A DNA stretch of 31,267 nucleotides from Halorussus marinus (GCF_004765795.1 NZ_SBIV01000007.1:186001-217267), one strand, 5' to 3'; positions 16,205-25,633 are shown, counted from the first letter of the stretch. Made by a program: numbers and translations. Notes: generated by a model not told the origin, from the sequence alone.

Positions 16205-18487
16205 ATGGACGACCACAAAGATACAAATGAGAATCCCCCTGGAGGGGAACACCAGCAGGACGACAGCAGTCACCAGCACGAACACGGCGAGCAGGATGAA
16301 TCGGACGCCGAGTCGGACGAGCAGCGGGTAGAACAGGAGCTACTGGAAGAAGAGGCACACCCTGCTGCGGAGAGTGAGACAGTGCTCGACGAGCAGCACG
16401 AGCACGCTGGACACGAGGGCGAAGGACACGACCACGGTTCCCATGAGAGCCACGGTGAGGGGCATGGCGGGATGCACGAGGGCCACGAGCAGATGTTCCG
16501 CCGGCGCTTCTTCGTCTCGACGCTCCTGTCGATCCCAGTCCTGCTATACAGCGAAATGCTGCAGGAGTGGCTCGGGTTCTCCGTCCCCGCGTTCCCGGGC
16601 AGCGAGTGGATCAACCCCGTCTTCGCGGTCATCGTCTTCGCGTACGGTGGGATGCCGTTCCTCCAGATGGCGGTACCGGAACTGAAAGATCGGTCGCCGG
16701 GGATGATGACGCTCATCTCGATGGCGATCACCGTCGCGTTCGTCTACAGCCTCGCGAGCGTGGTCTTCCCGACGCAGTCGGCGTTCTTCTGGGAACTCGT
16801 CACCCTGATCGACATTATGCTGCTGGGGCACTGGATCGAGATGCGGTCGGTGCGACGGGCCTCGAGTGCGGTCGACGAACTGGCGAAGCTGATGCCGGAC
16901 ACCGCCGAGCGGATTACCGACGGCGGCGACACTGAGGAGGTCCCGGTGAGTGAACTCTCCGAGGGCGACCTCGTACTCGTCCGGCCGGGTGCGAGTGTCC
17001 CTGCTGACGGCGTCGTCGAAGAGGGAGACTCCGACGTCAACGAGTCCATGATCACGGGCGAATCGAAACCGGTCTCGAAAGACCCCGGCGACGAGGTCAT
17101 CGGTGGGACGATCAACGGCGACGGCAGCCTCCGCGTGCGCGTCGGTGCGACGGGCGAGGAGACGACGCTCGCGGGAATCATGCGCCTCGTCGAGGAAGCC
17201 CAGCAGAGCAAATCCAAGACACAGGTACTGGCCGACAGAGCGGCAGGCTGGCTGTTCTACGTCGCCCTCGCGGCGGCAGTCGTGACAGCAATCGCGTGGA
17301 CGCTCGCGGTCTCATTCGACGCAACGGTCATCGAGCGCGTCGTCACAGTGCTCGTCATCGCCTGCCCGCACGCACTCGGGCTCGCCATCCCCCTAGTGGT
17401 CGCAATCAACACGTCATTGGCGGCTCGCAACGGGATGCTGGTCCGGGACCGTATCGCGATGGAGGAGGCGCGGAACCTGGACGCCATCATCTTCGACAAG
17501 ACGGGGACGCTCACCGAAGGCGAACACGGCGTCGTCGACATGGCGACCGTCGAGGGCGTGGAAGAGGACGACGCTCTCGCGCTGGCAGCAGCCGTCGAAA
17601 GCGATTCCGAACACATGATCGCGCGAGCCATACGCGAGGCCGCCGACGAGCAGGACCTCACCGCACCTGACGCGACCGACTTCGAGGCGATCAAAGGCCG
17701 GGGCGTCCGTGCGAACGTCGACGGAAATGAGGTGTACGTCGGCGGGCCAAACCTGTTAACCCAACTCGATAGCGAGATACCCGACCATCTCCGCCGCTTC
17801 GCTGACGAGGCGGGACAGAACGCTCAGACGGTGGTATACCTTGTTCGTGAAGGCGAGCTGATTGCCGCGTTCGCGATGGCTGACGTAATCCGTGAGGAGA
17901 GTTTTCGTGTCGTCGATACCCTCCACGATCTGGGCATCGAGGTGGCGATGTTGACTGGGGACTCCCAGGATGTCGCCAACGCTGTCGCCGACGAACTGGG
18001 CATCGACACGGTGTTCGCGGAGGTCCTCCCCGAAGACAAGGACGAGAAAGTTCAGGAGCTTCAGGACCAGGGCAAGCTCGTCGGGATGGTCGGCGACGGG
18101 GTGAACGACGCGCCGGCGCTGACGCGGGCCGACGTCGGTATCGCGATCGGGAGCGGCACCGACGTCGCCGTCCAGTCGGCCGACGTCATCCTCGTCCAGA
18201 ACAACCCGATGGACGTCGTTCGGCTCGTGAAACTCAGTAAGGCGAGCTACCGGAAGATGCAGGAGAACATCGTCTGGGCGGCCGGCTACAACGTGTTCGC
18301 AATTCCGCTCGCAGCAGGCGTCTTGGCACCGATCGGGATTCTGCTCTCCCCCGCTGTGGGTGCGCTCCTGATGTCGTTGAGTACAGTAATCGTCGCGATC
18401 AACGCTCAGCTGCTCCGCCGCGTGGACCTGTCCATCCCCGAGCTTCCAAGCGGGACACCAGCGACTGACGCACAACCTGCAGACTGA
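16205..18487 (+). CDS. copB: Copper-translocating P1B-3 ATPase with His-rich N-terminus
   Basis: His/Glu-rich N-terminus, [33 protein letters not shown] and MSLST. Confidence 0.95.
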   Translation: MDDHKDTNENPPGGEHQQDDSSHQHEHGEQDESDAESDEQRVEQELLEEEAHPAAESETVLDEQHEHAGHEGEGHDHGSHESHGEGHGGMHEGHEQMFRRRFFVSTLLSIPVLLYSEMLQEWLGFSVPAFPGSEWINPVFAVIVFAYGGMPFLQMAVPELKDRSPGMMTLISMAITVAFVYSLASVVFPTQSAFFWELVTLIDIMLLGHWIEMRSVRRASSAVDELAKLMPDTAERITDGGDTEEVPVSELSEGDLVLVRPGASVPADGVVEEGDSDVNESMITGESKPVSKDPGDEVIGGTINGDGSLRVRVGATGEETTLAGIMRLVEEAQQSKSKTQVLADRAAGWLFYVALAAAVVTAIAWTLAVSFDATVIERVVTVLVIACPHALGLAIPLVVAINTSLAARNGMLVRDRIAMEEARNLDAIIFDKTGTLTEGEHGVVDMATVEGVEEDDALALAAAVESDSEHMIARAIREAADEQDLTAPDATDFEAIKGRGVRANVDGNEVYVGGPNLLTQLDSEIPDHLRRFADEAGQNAQTVVYLVREGELIAAFAMADVIREESFRVVDTLHDLGIEVAMLTGDSQDVANAVADELGIDTVFAEVLPEDKDEKVQELQDQGKLVGMVGDGVNDAPALTRADVGIAIGSGTDVAVQSADVILVQNNPMDVVRLVKLSKASYRKMQENIVWAAGYNVFAIPLAAGVLAPIGILLSPAVGALLMSLSTVIVAINAQLLRRVDLSIPELPSGTPATDAQPAD

Positions 18488-18490
18488 AAC

Positions 18491-18517
18491 GCTCCCGATC
18501 GCTTCGGAGCTTCTTTC
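18491..18517 (+). terminator. Possible terminator after copB
   Basis: GCTCCCGA-tcgct-TCGGAGC stem with one bulge, followed by TTCTTTC, directly after the stop codon. Confidence 0.4.
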
Positions 18518-18703
18518 AATTGAGTTCGGTTGATGGACAGCAAATGGCGACACTGCGTGATTTCGGTGGGTATCGCTATGCAGTCACCGATTCCACAGTT
18601 TTCCCGAGGGATACGTAGTTTGGTATACACAGACGCTTCCTCTGATGGACTACATTGTTGCACCAGCACTAGGTTTATACCGCTTGACGGACTTCTTTCC
18701 ACC

Positions 18704-18808
18704 ATGAGCCTCGAAGAGACAGTTGACTACCTCGCCGAGGAACTCGACCTCGAGCGAAGTGAACACGTTCGCGAGGTCGGACAGTCGGTCGCCGAGCTTC
18801 GCGACTGA
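18704..18808 (+). CDS. Small acidic protein (34 aa), probably leaderless
   Basis: MSLEETVDYLAEELDLERSEHVREVGQSVAELRD has halophile-like composition and codon use; a TTTATA box lies at 18674-18679, 25-30 nt upstream. Confidence 0.55.
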   Translation: MSLEETVDYLAEELDLERSEHVREVGQSVAELRD

Positions 18809-19696
18809 TCAGAACATTTCTCTGAAGTCCCGTTCGACCAGTCCGTTCTCCAGATACGTGAGGAACTCTTGTTTCGTTGGTCCTTGACGGTCAAGTAGAT
18901 CGTCCCGTCCTGCTCGTTCGAGAACTGCCTGCGCGAAGTCCGTACAGTGAGATTCGTGCTGCCCAGCATACTCTGTGAGGGCTTCTCTCCAGTGCATATC
19001 CAGCTCGAACTCGGCTAATCGGATTTGGATCCCGTCTTTCCGTTCGACGACGTCGACGTCCAAGTCTTCGAGTTGCTTGAAACGGAGGTTGTTCCGGCGG
19101 ACAGTAATGAGCCGTTTGGAATCGACGATATAGGGATCGACCCACTCTCGCCAGGAATCGTCGTCGACGTGCGTTCGTGGCATCTCAAAATCCGGGTCCA
19201 CACTCTCAATACAGAACTGCAGCATCGCGATGCCAGTTCGATGATTCGCATTCGGGAGGGAATGTCGGAGGATCAAATTCGACATCACCTCTCCAGCGAC
19301 GGTCGGAAGCGGTGCTTCCCAGGAGACGTGATCGAGTGCCTGCTGGATCTTTTGTGGTTCGAACTCCTTGTAGAGCCGGAACTCATCCTCATCTCGAACT
19401 TCGACCGCGGCTTCGAGCAACTCTACTAATCGGAATGCGACAACCTGCCCAGCACGGGGGAGGTCACGAATACGATCGCTCAGCCATTCCTGATCAAAGT
19501 CGATATCTTGCGCTGATTCGATCTCTGAATCGCCTTCATAGAGCACATAGACCGGAGCTTCGAAGGGGTACCCGATGAGCTTTGTCGACTCGTCGGATTG
19601 CTCTTGCTGAGACCGGATCTCTGCTACCGATGCCGAGCTATATTTGAGTGAGAAATTCTCGGCCTGTGGGTGATGATAGAAGACGAGCCGAGCCAT
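18809..19696 (-). CDS. Fic/Doc-family protein with variant motif
   Basis: ILRHSLPNANHRTG resembles the Fic/Doc motifs HPFxDGNGR and HxFxDANKR. Confidence 0.75.
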   Translation of the reverse strand: MARLVFYHHPQAENFSLKYSSASVAEIRSQQEQSDESTKLIGYPFEAPVYVLYEGDSEIESAQDIDFDQEWLSDRIRDLPRAGQVVAFRLVELLEAAVEVRDEDEFRLYKEFEPQKIQQALDHVSWEAPLPTVAGEVMSNLILRHSLPNANHRTGIAMLQFCIESVDPDFEMPRTHVDDDSWREWVDPYIVDSKRLITVRRNNLRFKQLEDLDVDVVERKDGIQIRLAEFELDMHWREALTEYAGQHESHCTDFAQAVLERAGRDDLLDRQGPTKQEFLTYLENGLVERDFREMF

Positions 19697-19764
19697 CTCA
19701 ATGCGTATTCGTGGGAAGTGGGTAAAGCAGTCCCGCTTTGATATTGAGTTCTACTCGCCTGGTT

Positions 19765-20061
19765 CTACGACGTAGTGGGTGCGTTCACGTCCTCTAAATA
19801 CTGGCTTTCCCACTCACGTCGCGCCTCGATCTCCCGCACTCCGCGTTGTGTGACCGTGTACACGTTCGTCCGTTTGTCGAGTTCACCTTTCTCCAGGAGG
19901 CCTTTGCCGACGAGGTCGTCGAGGTTTGGATAGAGCCGCCCATGATTGATCTCTTGTTCGTAGTAGTCGTCGAGTTCGGCCTTTACTGCGAGCCCGTGTG
20001 GTTCCTCGAGCCCGGCGATAACGTACAAGACGTCCCGCTGGAACCCGGTTAGATCGTGCAT
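19765..20061 (-). CDS. PadR-family transcriptional regulator (haloarchaeal type)
   Basis: MHDLTGFQRDVLYVIAG...HGLAVKAEL...INHGRLYPNLDDLVGKGLLEKGELDKRTNVY. Confidence 0.9.
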   Translation of the reverse strand: MHDLTGFQRDVLYVIAGLEEPHGLAVKAELDDYYEQEINHGRLYPNLDDLVGKGLLEKGELDKRTNVYTVTQRGVREIEARREWESQYLEDVNAPTTS

Positions 20062-20270
20062 CCGTCTGCTCCCTATTTTTGAGGGATGGCATATGTTCTC
20101 TCTGGTACTCAGAAGCAGAGCTTCGGATCGAGGATATCTACCAGTACACTCGTCTCCAAACAGCGCTTAATACCCATGCCTCTGTATCACCGGTAATGGC
20201 GCTTCGGCCGAGGTCGCCGTTGAGGTTCCATGGCTGTGCTCGGTCAGCTGTCAGCCGGTGGTAATCAATT

Positions 20271-22796
20271 GTGTCTTCATCTCAATCCTCATCTTCCACG
20301 TGCGCGCTTTGTGGTAGGGCTGTCCCTGACGATAGAGTCGTGGGTGAGAACGACACCGTCTTCTGCTGTGATGGATGTCGAAACGTCCATCGAGTACTCG
20401 GTGGCGATGGAGTCCACAGTCGGATGGACCCGACAGACGACCCCATGCGCGAGTCCGGTGCTGGGGCGGGCGAACGCGATGCGGATACCCCTCGATTAGG
20501 GTCTGAGGAACGAGCTTTCTTTCAGGTCGACGGGATGCACTGTGCGACGTGTGAAGCATTTCTTGAATCAGTCGCCGAGGACTGCGAGGGTGTTGTAGAC
20601 GTGGCAGCAAGCTACGTCACCGAGACGGTTCGTATCACATACGACCCTGATCGCGTCTCGAAGGAAACTCTCTGTGATACCCTGAGTACACTCGGCTATT
20701 CGGCAACCCTCCGTGCTGGAGGGAGCGATGACACACCGACTATAATCGGACAGTCGCGCCGGTCGGACGAGCCGAATGAACGAGGGATTGACGAGGTGCT
20801 GGGATTCCGTTACGCTGCTGGCGTCATTTTCGGGACGTTCATGCTCCTCCCATATGCGGTCCTCCTCTATCCGGCGCAGCTCTCGTCGTTCTTTGGTGAG
20901 GGGACGCTCGATATGTACGCGAGTACGTCCGGGATCGGCGGTGGAGATGGCCTGTTGATCCTCCCGCTCTTTCTCGTTCTGACGGGTGTCGTCCTCGTGT
21001 TTACCGGCCTGCCGCTGTTACAGGGTGCGTATGTCAGTCTGAAGATGCGACAGCCGAATACGGACTTTCTCGTCGCGATCACCGTGGTGAGCGCCTACGT
21101 GTACAGCACGATTGCCTTTCTCCTCGGTCGACTCGACGTTTTCTACGACCTCACGATCGTGGTTGCCGCGAGTGTGGTGGCCGCCATCTTCTACGAATCA
21201 CTGAGCAAGCAGCGAGCGATGGATCGCCTGACGAATCTCACTATCTCCCACGTCACCGAAGCCAGGCGGTATGGCGCCGATGGGACGACGATGGTCGACG
21301 TACACAGTCTGGAACCCGGGGAACGGGTTCTCGTCCGTGAGGGCGAACGCATCCCAGTCGATGGTGTTCTCGCTGAGAGTGAGTGCACGGTCGATGAAGC
21401 GATCGTGACGGGCGAGTCGCTCCCGGTATCGAAACAAGCTGGGGACGAGGTCGTCGGCGGGGCGGTCGTCACAAATGGGGCTGCTGTCCTCACGGTGAGC
21501 GATGGGACAACCAGTAGTATCGATCGCCTCGTCACCTCTGTCTGGAATCTCCAGAGTGGGGATCACGGTGTCCAGCGGCAGGCCGATAAGCTCGCGTCAG
21601 TCATCATCCCGGTCGTCGTCGGTGGGGCGGTACTCGCTGGATTGGGGTCGCTTCTGGTGGGGACTGGTATTCCCGTCGCCGTCCTGACGGCGCTGGTAGT
21701 TCTCTTAGTGGGATGTCCGTGGGCACTTGGCCTGGCAACCCCGCTCTCGGTGGCAACCAGTATCGAACAAGCGGTAGAGCGGGGCATCGTCATCTTCGAC
21801 GAGACAGTCTTCGAGCGCCTTCGGAACGTCGACGTCGTCGTCTTCGACAAAACAGGGACTCTCACGACCGGCCAGATGGATGTCCTCGAGGTGGATGCAC
21901 CGTCGGATCTCCTTGAAACCGTCGCGGCCCTCGAACAGCGAGCATCCCACCCAGCGGCCGACGCAATCGTGAATACGTTTGCACAAAGGAATCAGGAGGG
22001 CGATCGCTCAAGAGCCGATGGGGGGGTTGCCGATGGCAGTGACCACGAGTACGCAGCGGACATCACCGAATTCACGAGCCACGCGACCGGCGTCGAAGGA
22101 GTCGTCGAGGACACGCGCGTTCTCGTCGGGAATCTCGATCTCTTCGCGGAACTTGGGTGGTCGGTGAGCGAGCAGATCGAGACGCGTGCCGCAGAGGCAC
22201 GAACGGCCGGTCACCTTCCGGTCGTCGTCGGTCGTGACGGTCATGCAGAGGGCGTCGTCGTCGTGGGGGACGAACCACGGGCAGGTTGGGATGACACACT
22301 CACGCAGCTGAATGACCGTGATATCGAGATCGTTGTTCTGACCGGTGATGACGAGGCTGCTACTGACTTTCTCGACAGTCATCCTGCCGTCGATCACGTG
22401 TTTGCGGGGGTCCCGCCGGCAGGCAAGACCGCGACGATCCGGCGGTTACAGTCCCGGGGACAGGTTACAATGGTTGGTGATGGAACGAACGATGCACCGG
22501 CTCTTGCGACCGCAGACCTGGGAATCTCGCTCGGTGGTGGAACGGCACTCGCGTCCGATGCCGCGGATATTTCTATCGTCGATGATGACCTCGCGGCGGT
22601 GGAGACGACGTTCGATCTCGCAGATGCAGCTCGTCGGCGTGTCAAACAGAACAACGGGCTAGCGCTGCTCTATAATGGGGTCACGATGCCACTCGCAGCG
22701 ACGGGGTTGCTGAATCCGGTGTTCGCGATGGGTGCGGTCGTGGCGACCGGCGGTCTCCTCGCAGCGAATTCGTTTCGAGACCTGCTTCACGAGTAG
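20271..22796 (+). CDS. Atypical heavy-metal P1B ATPase (N-terminal CxxC...CCxGC domain + HMA; CPW motif)
   Basis: CALC...FCCDGC, GMHCATC, TGES, GCPWALGLATP, DKTGT, SHP, GDGTNDAP and YN; GTG start. Confidence 0.92.
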   Translation: MSSSQSSSSTCALCGRAVPDDRVVGENDTVFCCDGCRNVHRVLGGDGVHSRMDPTDDPMRESGAGAGERDADTPRLGSEERAFFQVDGMHCATCEAFLESVAEDCEGVVDVAASYVTETVRITYDPDRVSKETLCDTLSTLGYSATLRAGGSDDTPTIIGQSRRSDEPNERGIDEVLGFRYAAGVIFGTFMLLPYAVLLYPAQLSSFFGEGTLDMYASTSGIGGGDGLLILPLFLVLTGVVLVFTGLPLLQGAYVSLKMRQPNTDFLVAITVVSAYVYSTIAFLLGRLDVFYDLTIVVAASVVAAIFYESLSKQRAMDRLTNLTISHVTEARRYGADGTTMVDVHSLEPGERVLVREGERIPVDGVLAESECTVDEAIVTGESLPVSKQAGDEVVGGAVVTNGAAVLTVSDGTTSSIDRLVTSVWNLQSGDHGVQRQADKLASVIIPVVVGGAVLAGLGSLLVGTGIPVAVLTALVVLLVGCPWALGLATPLSVATSIEQAVERGIVIFDETVFERLRNVDVVVFDKTGTLTTGQMDVLEVDAPSDLLETVAALEQRASHPAADAIVNTFAQRNQEGDRSRADGGVADGSDHEYAADITEFTSHATGVEGVVEDTRVLVGNLDLFAELGWSVSEQIETRAAEARTAGHLPVVVGRDGHAEGVVVVGDEPRAGWDDTLTQLNDRDIEIVVLTGDDEAATDFLDSHPAVDHVFAGVPPAGKTATIRRLQSRGQVTMVGDGTNDAPALATADLGISLGGGTALASDAADISIVDDDLAAVETTFDLADAARRRVKQNNGLALLYNGVTMPLAATGLLNPVFAMGAVVATGGLLAANSFRDLLHE

Positions 22797-22859
22797 CGGC
22801 ACCAACCCAGCGAAGCGGCAGATACCTGCTGTAACCGGGTGAAGACGATTCCTATCGCT

Positions 22860-23054
22860 TCATTCGAGCAATTCAAAGGCACCGAGCCCCGCGTACCCGA
22901 CCGCAAAGCCCGCAACGATGATGCCTCCGGAGAGGACTTGGTAGAACGGCGTCGACGGGAGGAAGCCGGTTGCGAAGGTGCCGACAACGATCAGTACCGC
23001 TGCCAGTTCCAAAAACACGTACTGACGACGTTTTCCCCTCATATATTGAGGCAT
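22860..23054 (-). CDS. Small two-TM membrane protein
   Basis: Basic N-terminus followed by two hydrophobic helices; follows 23097-24308 on the same strand. Start is uncertain (23054, 23042 or 23081). Confidence 0.6.
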   Translation of the reverse strand: MPQYMRGKRRQYVFLELAAVLIVVGTFATGFLPSTPFYQVLSGGIIVAGFAVGYAGLGAFELLE

Positions 23055-23096
23055 TTGTCCCCCTAGGTACCGTGAGATCACAGTAGATACCTTACC

Positions 23097-24308
23097 TCAG
23101 TCCGCCGGGATGATGGCAGCCGATTGATCGGGCTGTCGGGCTGCTTGGACCGAGTAGATTAGGCTCCCCGTGAAGAGGACGAAGCTTCCAACGATGAATA
23201 CTGCACTGAGCGGCGAGGCCGAATCGACGAACACCCAGTAGAGAGGGGCGGCAATCGATGGCCCGGCAGCAAGTACCGCGATCTTCGCGACGAGTGGCCC
23301 ACAGCATCCACAGGTACACGTCCCGACGATTGCAGCGCTTCCGGCGGTCCCTTCGGTCATGCCGGCTCGTTCCTCGACGCGCCAGTGACGGGCGATGAGA
23401 GCGGCGTTTAACCCGATGAGTGCGCTTAGCATCCCGACGACGATGACCTGGCCGGGTGACAGGGCTAGGAAGAACGGGATATGTATGAACGGGAGATGCG
23501 GAATCGCGATTTCGAGCGTCGGCCACGATACTAGCTGATAGATTGCGGGTAGAACGACGACCGTCACCTCTTCGGGGAAGCCCTCCTCGGGGAAAAACGA
23601 GAGGTATCCTGTTATAGAGACGAAAAAGAGTGCTAACACGACACCGACGCCGATGCCGAAGCGACGCGCAACCGGATCACGCATGACTGCGCGAATGACA
23701 CTCCCTGCGTCCTTCCAGACAACGTAGCCGACTAGAATTGGTGTTCCGAGGACGATTGCGTACCCAAGTGGGTGTGTATCACTTGCCAGTCCAGGAATGA
23801 GGTAGGGGTACGAGATCCACAATCCCATGAGGATGCCGAGGAACGTGTATCGTGGGCGGGATGGCCAGCGGAGCCACCCAACGATGAAGCTCGCGACCAT
23901 GATGCCCAAGCCACTCAGTAGGGCCAACGGCTGATACCACGACCGGGGGAACGGCATCGAACTCGCAGTATATGTCGGATCTGGGGAGAGCCCTTCGAAG
24001 AGAATTGCTCCGAGTGCCGTGATGGAGATCCCGACAAATACGCCGTAAAGGGCGGTTGTTGAGGTGATGCGATCGGTCCGTTTGAGAAGGATGAAGCCGC
24101 CGAGAATAACGGCACCAACGAAAGCAAGAAGTACACCGTGTCCTTGCGAGAGTCCACCGCTTCCGGTTGTACCGTGGGCGGACGCGACGGGAACCTGAGT
24201 GAGCGTAACAATTGCGGCAAGAAGTACAGAGAGTGGCCGAACAGACCCGATTCGAGTGGTCTGTCCACGGGAGGGATCTCCACGTGGGTGACGCTCTTCC
24301 GGTGACAT
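23097..24308 (-). CDS. Polytopic membrane protein with CTCGCCGP motif
   Basis: 403 aa with about 9-10 hydrophobic segments, a signal-like VASA-HG and a C-terminal GTCTCGCCGPL. Confidence 0.8.
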   Translation of the reverse strand: MSPEERHPRGDPSRGQTTRIGSVRPLSVLLAAIVTLTQVPVASAHGTTGSGGLSQGHGVLLAFVGAVILGGFILLKRTDRITSTTALYGVFVGISITALGAILFEGLSPDPTYTASSMPFPRSWYQPLALLSGLGIMVASFIVGWLRWPSRPRYTFLGILMGLWISYPYLIPGLASDTHPLGYAIVLGTPILVGYVVWKDAGSVIRAVMRDPVARRFGIGVGVVLALFFVSITGYLSFFPEEGFPEEVTVVVLPAIYQLVSWPTLEIAIPHLPFIHIPFFLALSPGQVIVVGMLSALIGLNAALIARHWRVEERAGMTEGTAGSAAIVGTCTCGCCGPLVAKIAVLAAGPSIAAPLYWVFVDSASPLSAVFIVGSFVLFTGSLIYSVQAARQPDQSAAIIPAD

Positions 24309-24436
24309 TATTCTGTCTTGGACAGAGAGGCACTTCTACCTGACTGATTTACCTCTGATATCCTGGGCTTGACTGTCGTTAGATCCTGCTGGCTGTGGAA
24401 ATATCCCCCTCCGAAAGTACGATCGGCACGGTGAAT

Positions 24437-24856
24437 TCACTCGCCGTCCAGAAATACGAGGAACTGTATATGCTTGAAGAACCAGACCGGAAGAACGGCT
24501 CCAACCCCTGCAGCGAGTAGGAGACTATTCGATGCTGTCCACACGATCTGTCCAAGTACGGTGCCAATAATCAAGACGCCGTTGTATGCAATCGCATTCA
24601 CCGCTAAATCGCCTCTTGACTCAGCCCGGGGCCATTTGATGAGACTGGGCCTGATTGCTGACGTCCGGCCGGATACTACTGCGATGAGAAGTCCGAGTAG
24701 GCCGGATACAAACCAGCCGAGTACAGCCGGTGGCCAGTTGTATACAACCGTTGCGGTGGCAAGAACAATCAGACACGGACTGGTGATTGTACCGATCTCT
24801 ACGGAGGCATAGCGGGTCAAAATGTGTTCCTCAGTCCCTTGTTGTGCGGTAGCCAT
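24437..24856 (-). CDS. Hypothetical four-TM membrane protein
   Basis: 139 aa hydrophobic ORF starting 40 nt downstream of the tRNA 3' end on the same strand. Confidence 0.65.
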   Translation of the reverse strand: MATAQQGTEEHILTRYASVEIGTITSPCLIVLATATVVYNWPPAVLGWFVSGLLGLLIAVVSGRTSAIRPSLIKWPRAESRGDLAVNAIAYNGVLIIGTVLGQIVWTASNSLLLAAGVGAVLPVWFFKHIQFLVFLDGE

Positions 24857-24896
24857 CTGTGAGGGTTATGGGTAGGGCAGTGGATCAGATCGGGGA

Positions 24897-24971
24897 TGCT
24901 CCGTCGAGGATTTGAACCTCGGTCCTCGACGTGAGATGCCGAGATGGTTGGCCGAGCTACACCAACGGAGC
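24897..24971 (-). tRNA. tRNA-Glu (anticodon CTC), divergent copy
   Basis: Reverse complement is GCTCCGTTGGTGTAGCTCGGCCAACCATCTCGGCATCTCACGTCGAGGACCGAGGTTCAAATCCTCGACGGAGCA. It has a 7-bp acceptor stem GCTCCGT/ACGGAGC, anticodon stem TCGGC/GTCGA with loop ATCTCAC, T-arm CGAGG-TTCAAAT-CCTCG and discriminator A; CCA is not encoded. Confidence 0.9.
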
Positions 24972-25010
24972 AGCTTCAACTTGGAGCTTCAGTACTTCAG
25001 GTCTGGTCGG

Positions 25011-25029
25011 TGTCCTATTCAGTGGGAAT
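25011..25029. promoter_or_regulatory. Imperfect dyad TGTCCT-N7-GGGAAT midway between tRNA-Glu and halocyanin
   Basis: 39 nt from the tRNA 5' end and 40 nt from the halocyanin ATG; resembles TGTCCC-N7-GGGACA upstream of the multicopper oxidase. Confidence 0.45.
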
Positions 25030-25069
25030 CCGCCGTTTCCCCTTATGTTGGGGTCTTTGATAATGTGGT

Positions 25070-25633
25070 ATGGAGCGTCGACAGGTTCTCAAGACAGCCG
25101 GAATTCTCGCAACAGGTGGCGTAACTGGTCTCGCTGGATGCAGTAGTTCGGGGAACGGAGACGGTGGCGGTGAGCCGACCACGACTGAAACGCAGGAGAC
25201 AGCTGGTGGGTCTGGAGACTCGAATACTGTTATGATGGTCACTGACGGGAGCGAGTATTATTTCGATCCCATTGGTCTGTTCATCGAATCCGGGGAAACT
25301 GTGACATTCGAAATCCAGAGCGGCAGTCACTCGGCAACCGCCTACAAAGAGGGAACGAGCTCAGCATCAGTTACCCGGATTCCCGAAAGCGCAGAAACGT
25401 TCAATAGCGAAACGCTGAGTGAACAGGGCGCAACGTTCGAGCACACGTTCGAGACCACGGGGACGTACGATTACTTCTGTATCCCGCACAAGACTCTGGG
25501 GATGGTCGGTCGGATCGTCGTTGGCGAACCCGGCGGTCCCGCGGAGGGGAGTATGCCGCCGGACGGAGACGTCCCCGAAAGCCAGACCATCGTTGATCAA
25601 GGCAGCGTCTCGTACAGCTCGTTCTCCGGGTAG
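25070..25633 (+). CDS. Halocyanin / plastocyanin-azurin family blue copper Tat lipoprotein
   Basis: MERRQVL...LAGC signal; type-1 Cu ligands in HSATAY and YFCIPHKTLGM. Confidence 0.92.
   Translation: MERRQVLKTAGILATGGVTGLAGCSSSGNGDGGGEPTTTETQETAGGSGDSNTVMMVTDGSEYYFDPIGLFIESGETVTFEIQSGSHSATAYKEGTSSASVTRIPESAETFNSETLSEQGATFEHTFETTGTYDYFCIPHKTLGMVGRIVVGEPGGPAEGSMPPDGDVPESQTIVDQGSVSYSSFSG

Noticed and set aside
24897..24971. tRNA as an att-site remnant of an integrated element
   Set aside because: The gene is full length with paired stems, and I found no duplicated 3' fragment or integrase in the window; a partner outside the window cannot be excluded.
24912..25146. ORFs 24912-25124 and 24931-25146
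   Set aside because: They overlap the tRNA and the halocyanin start and show no protein features.
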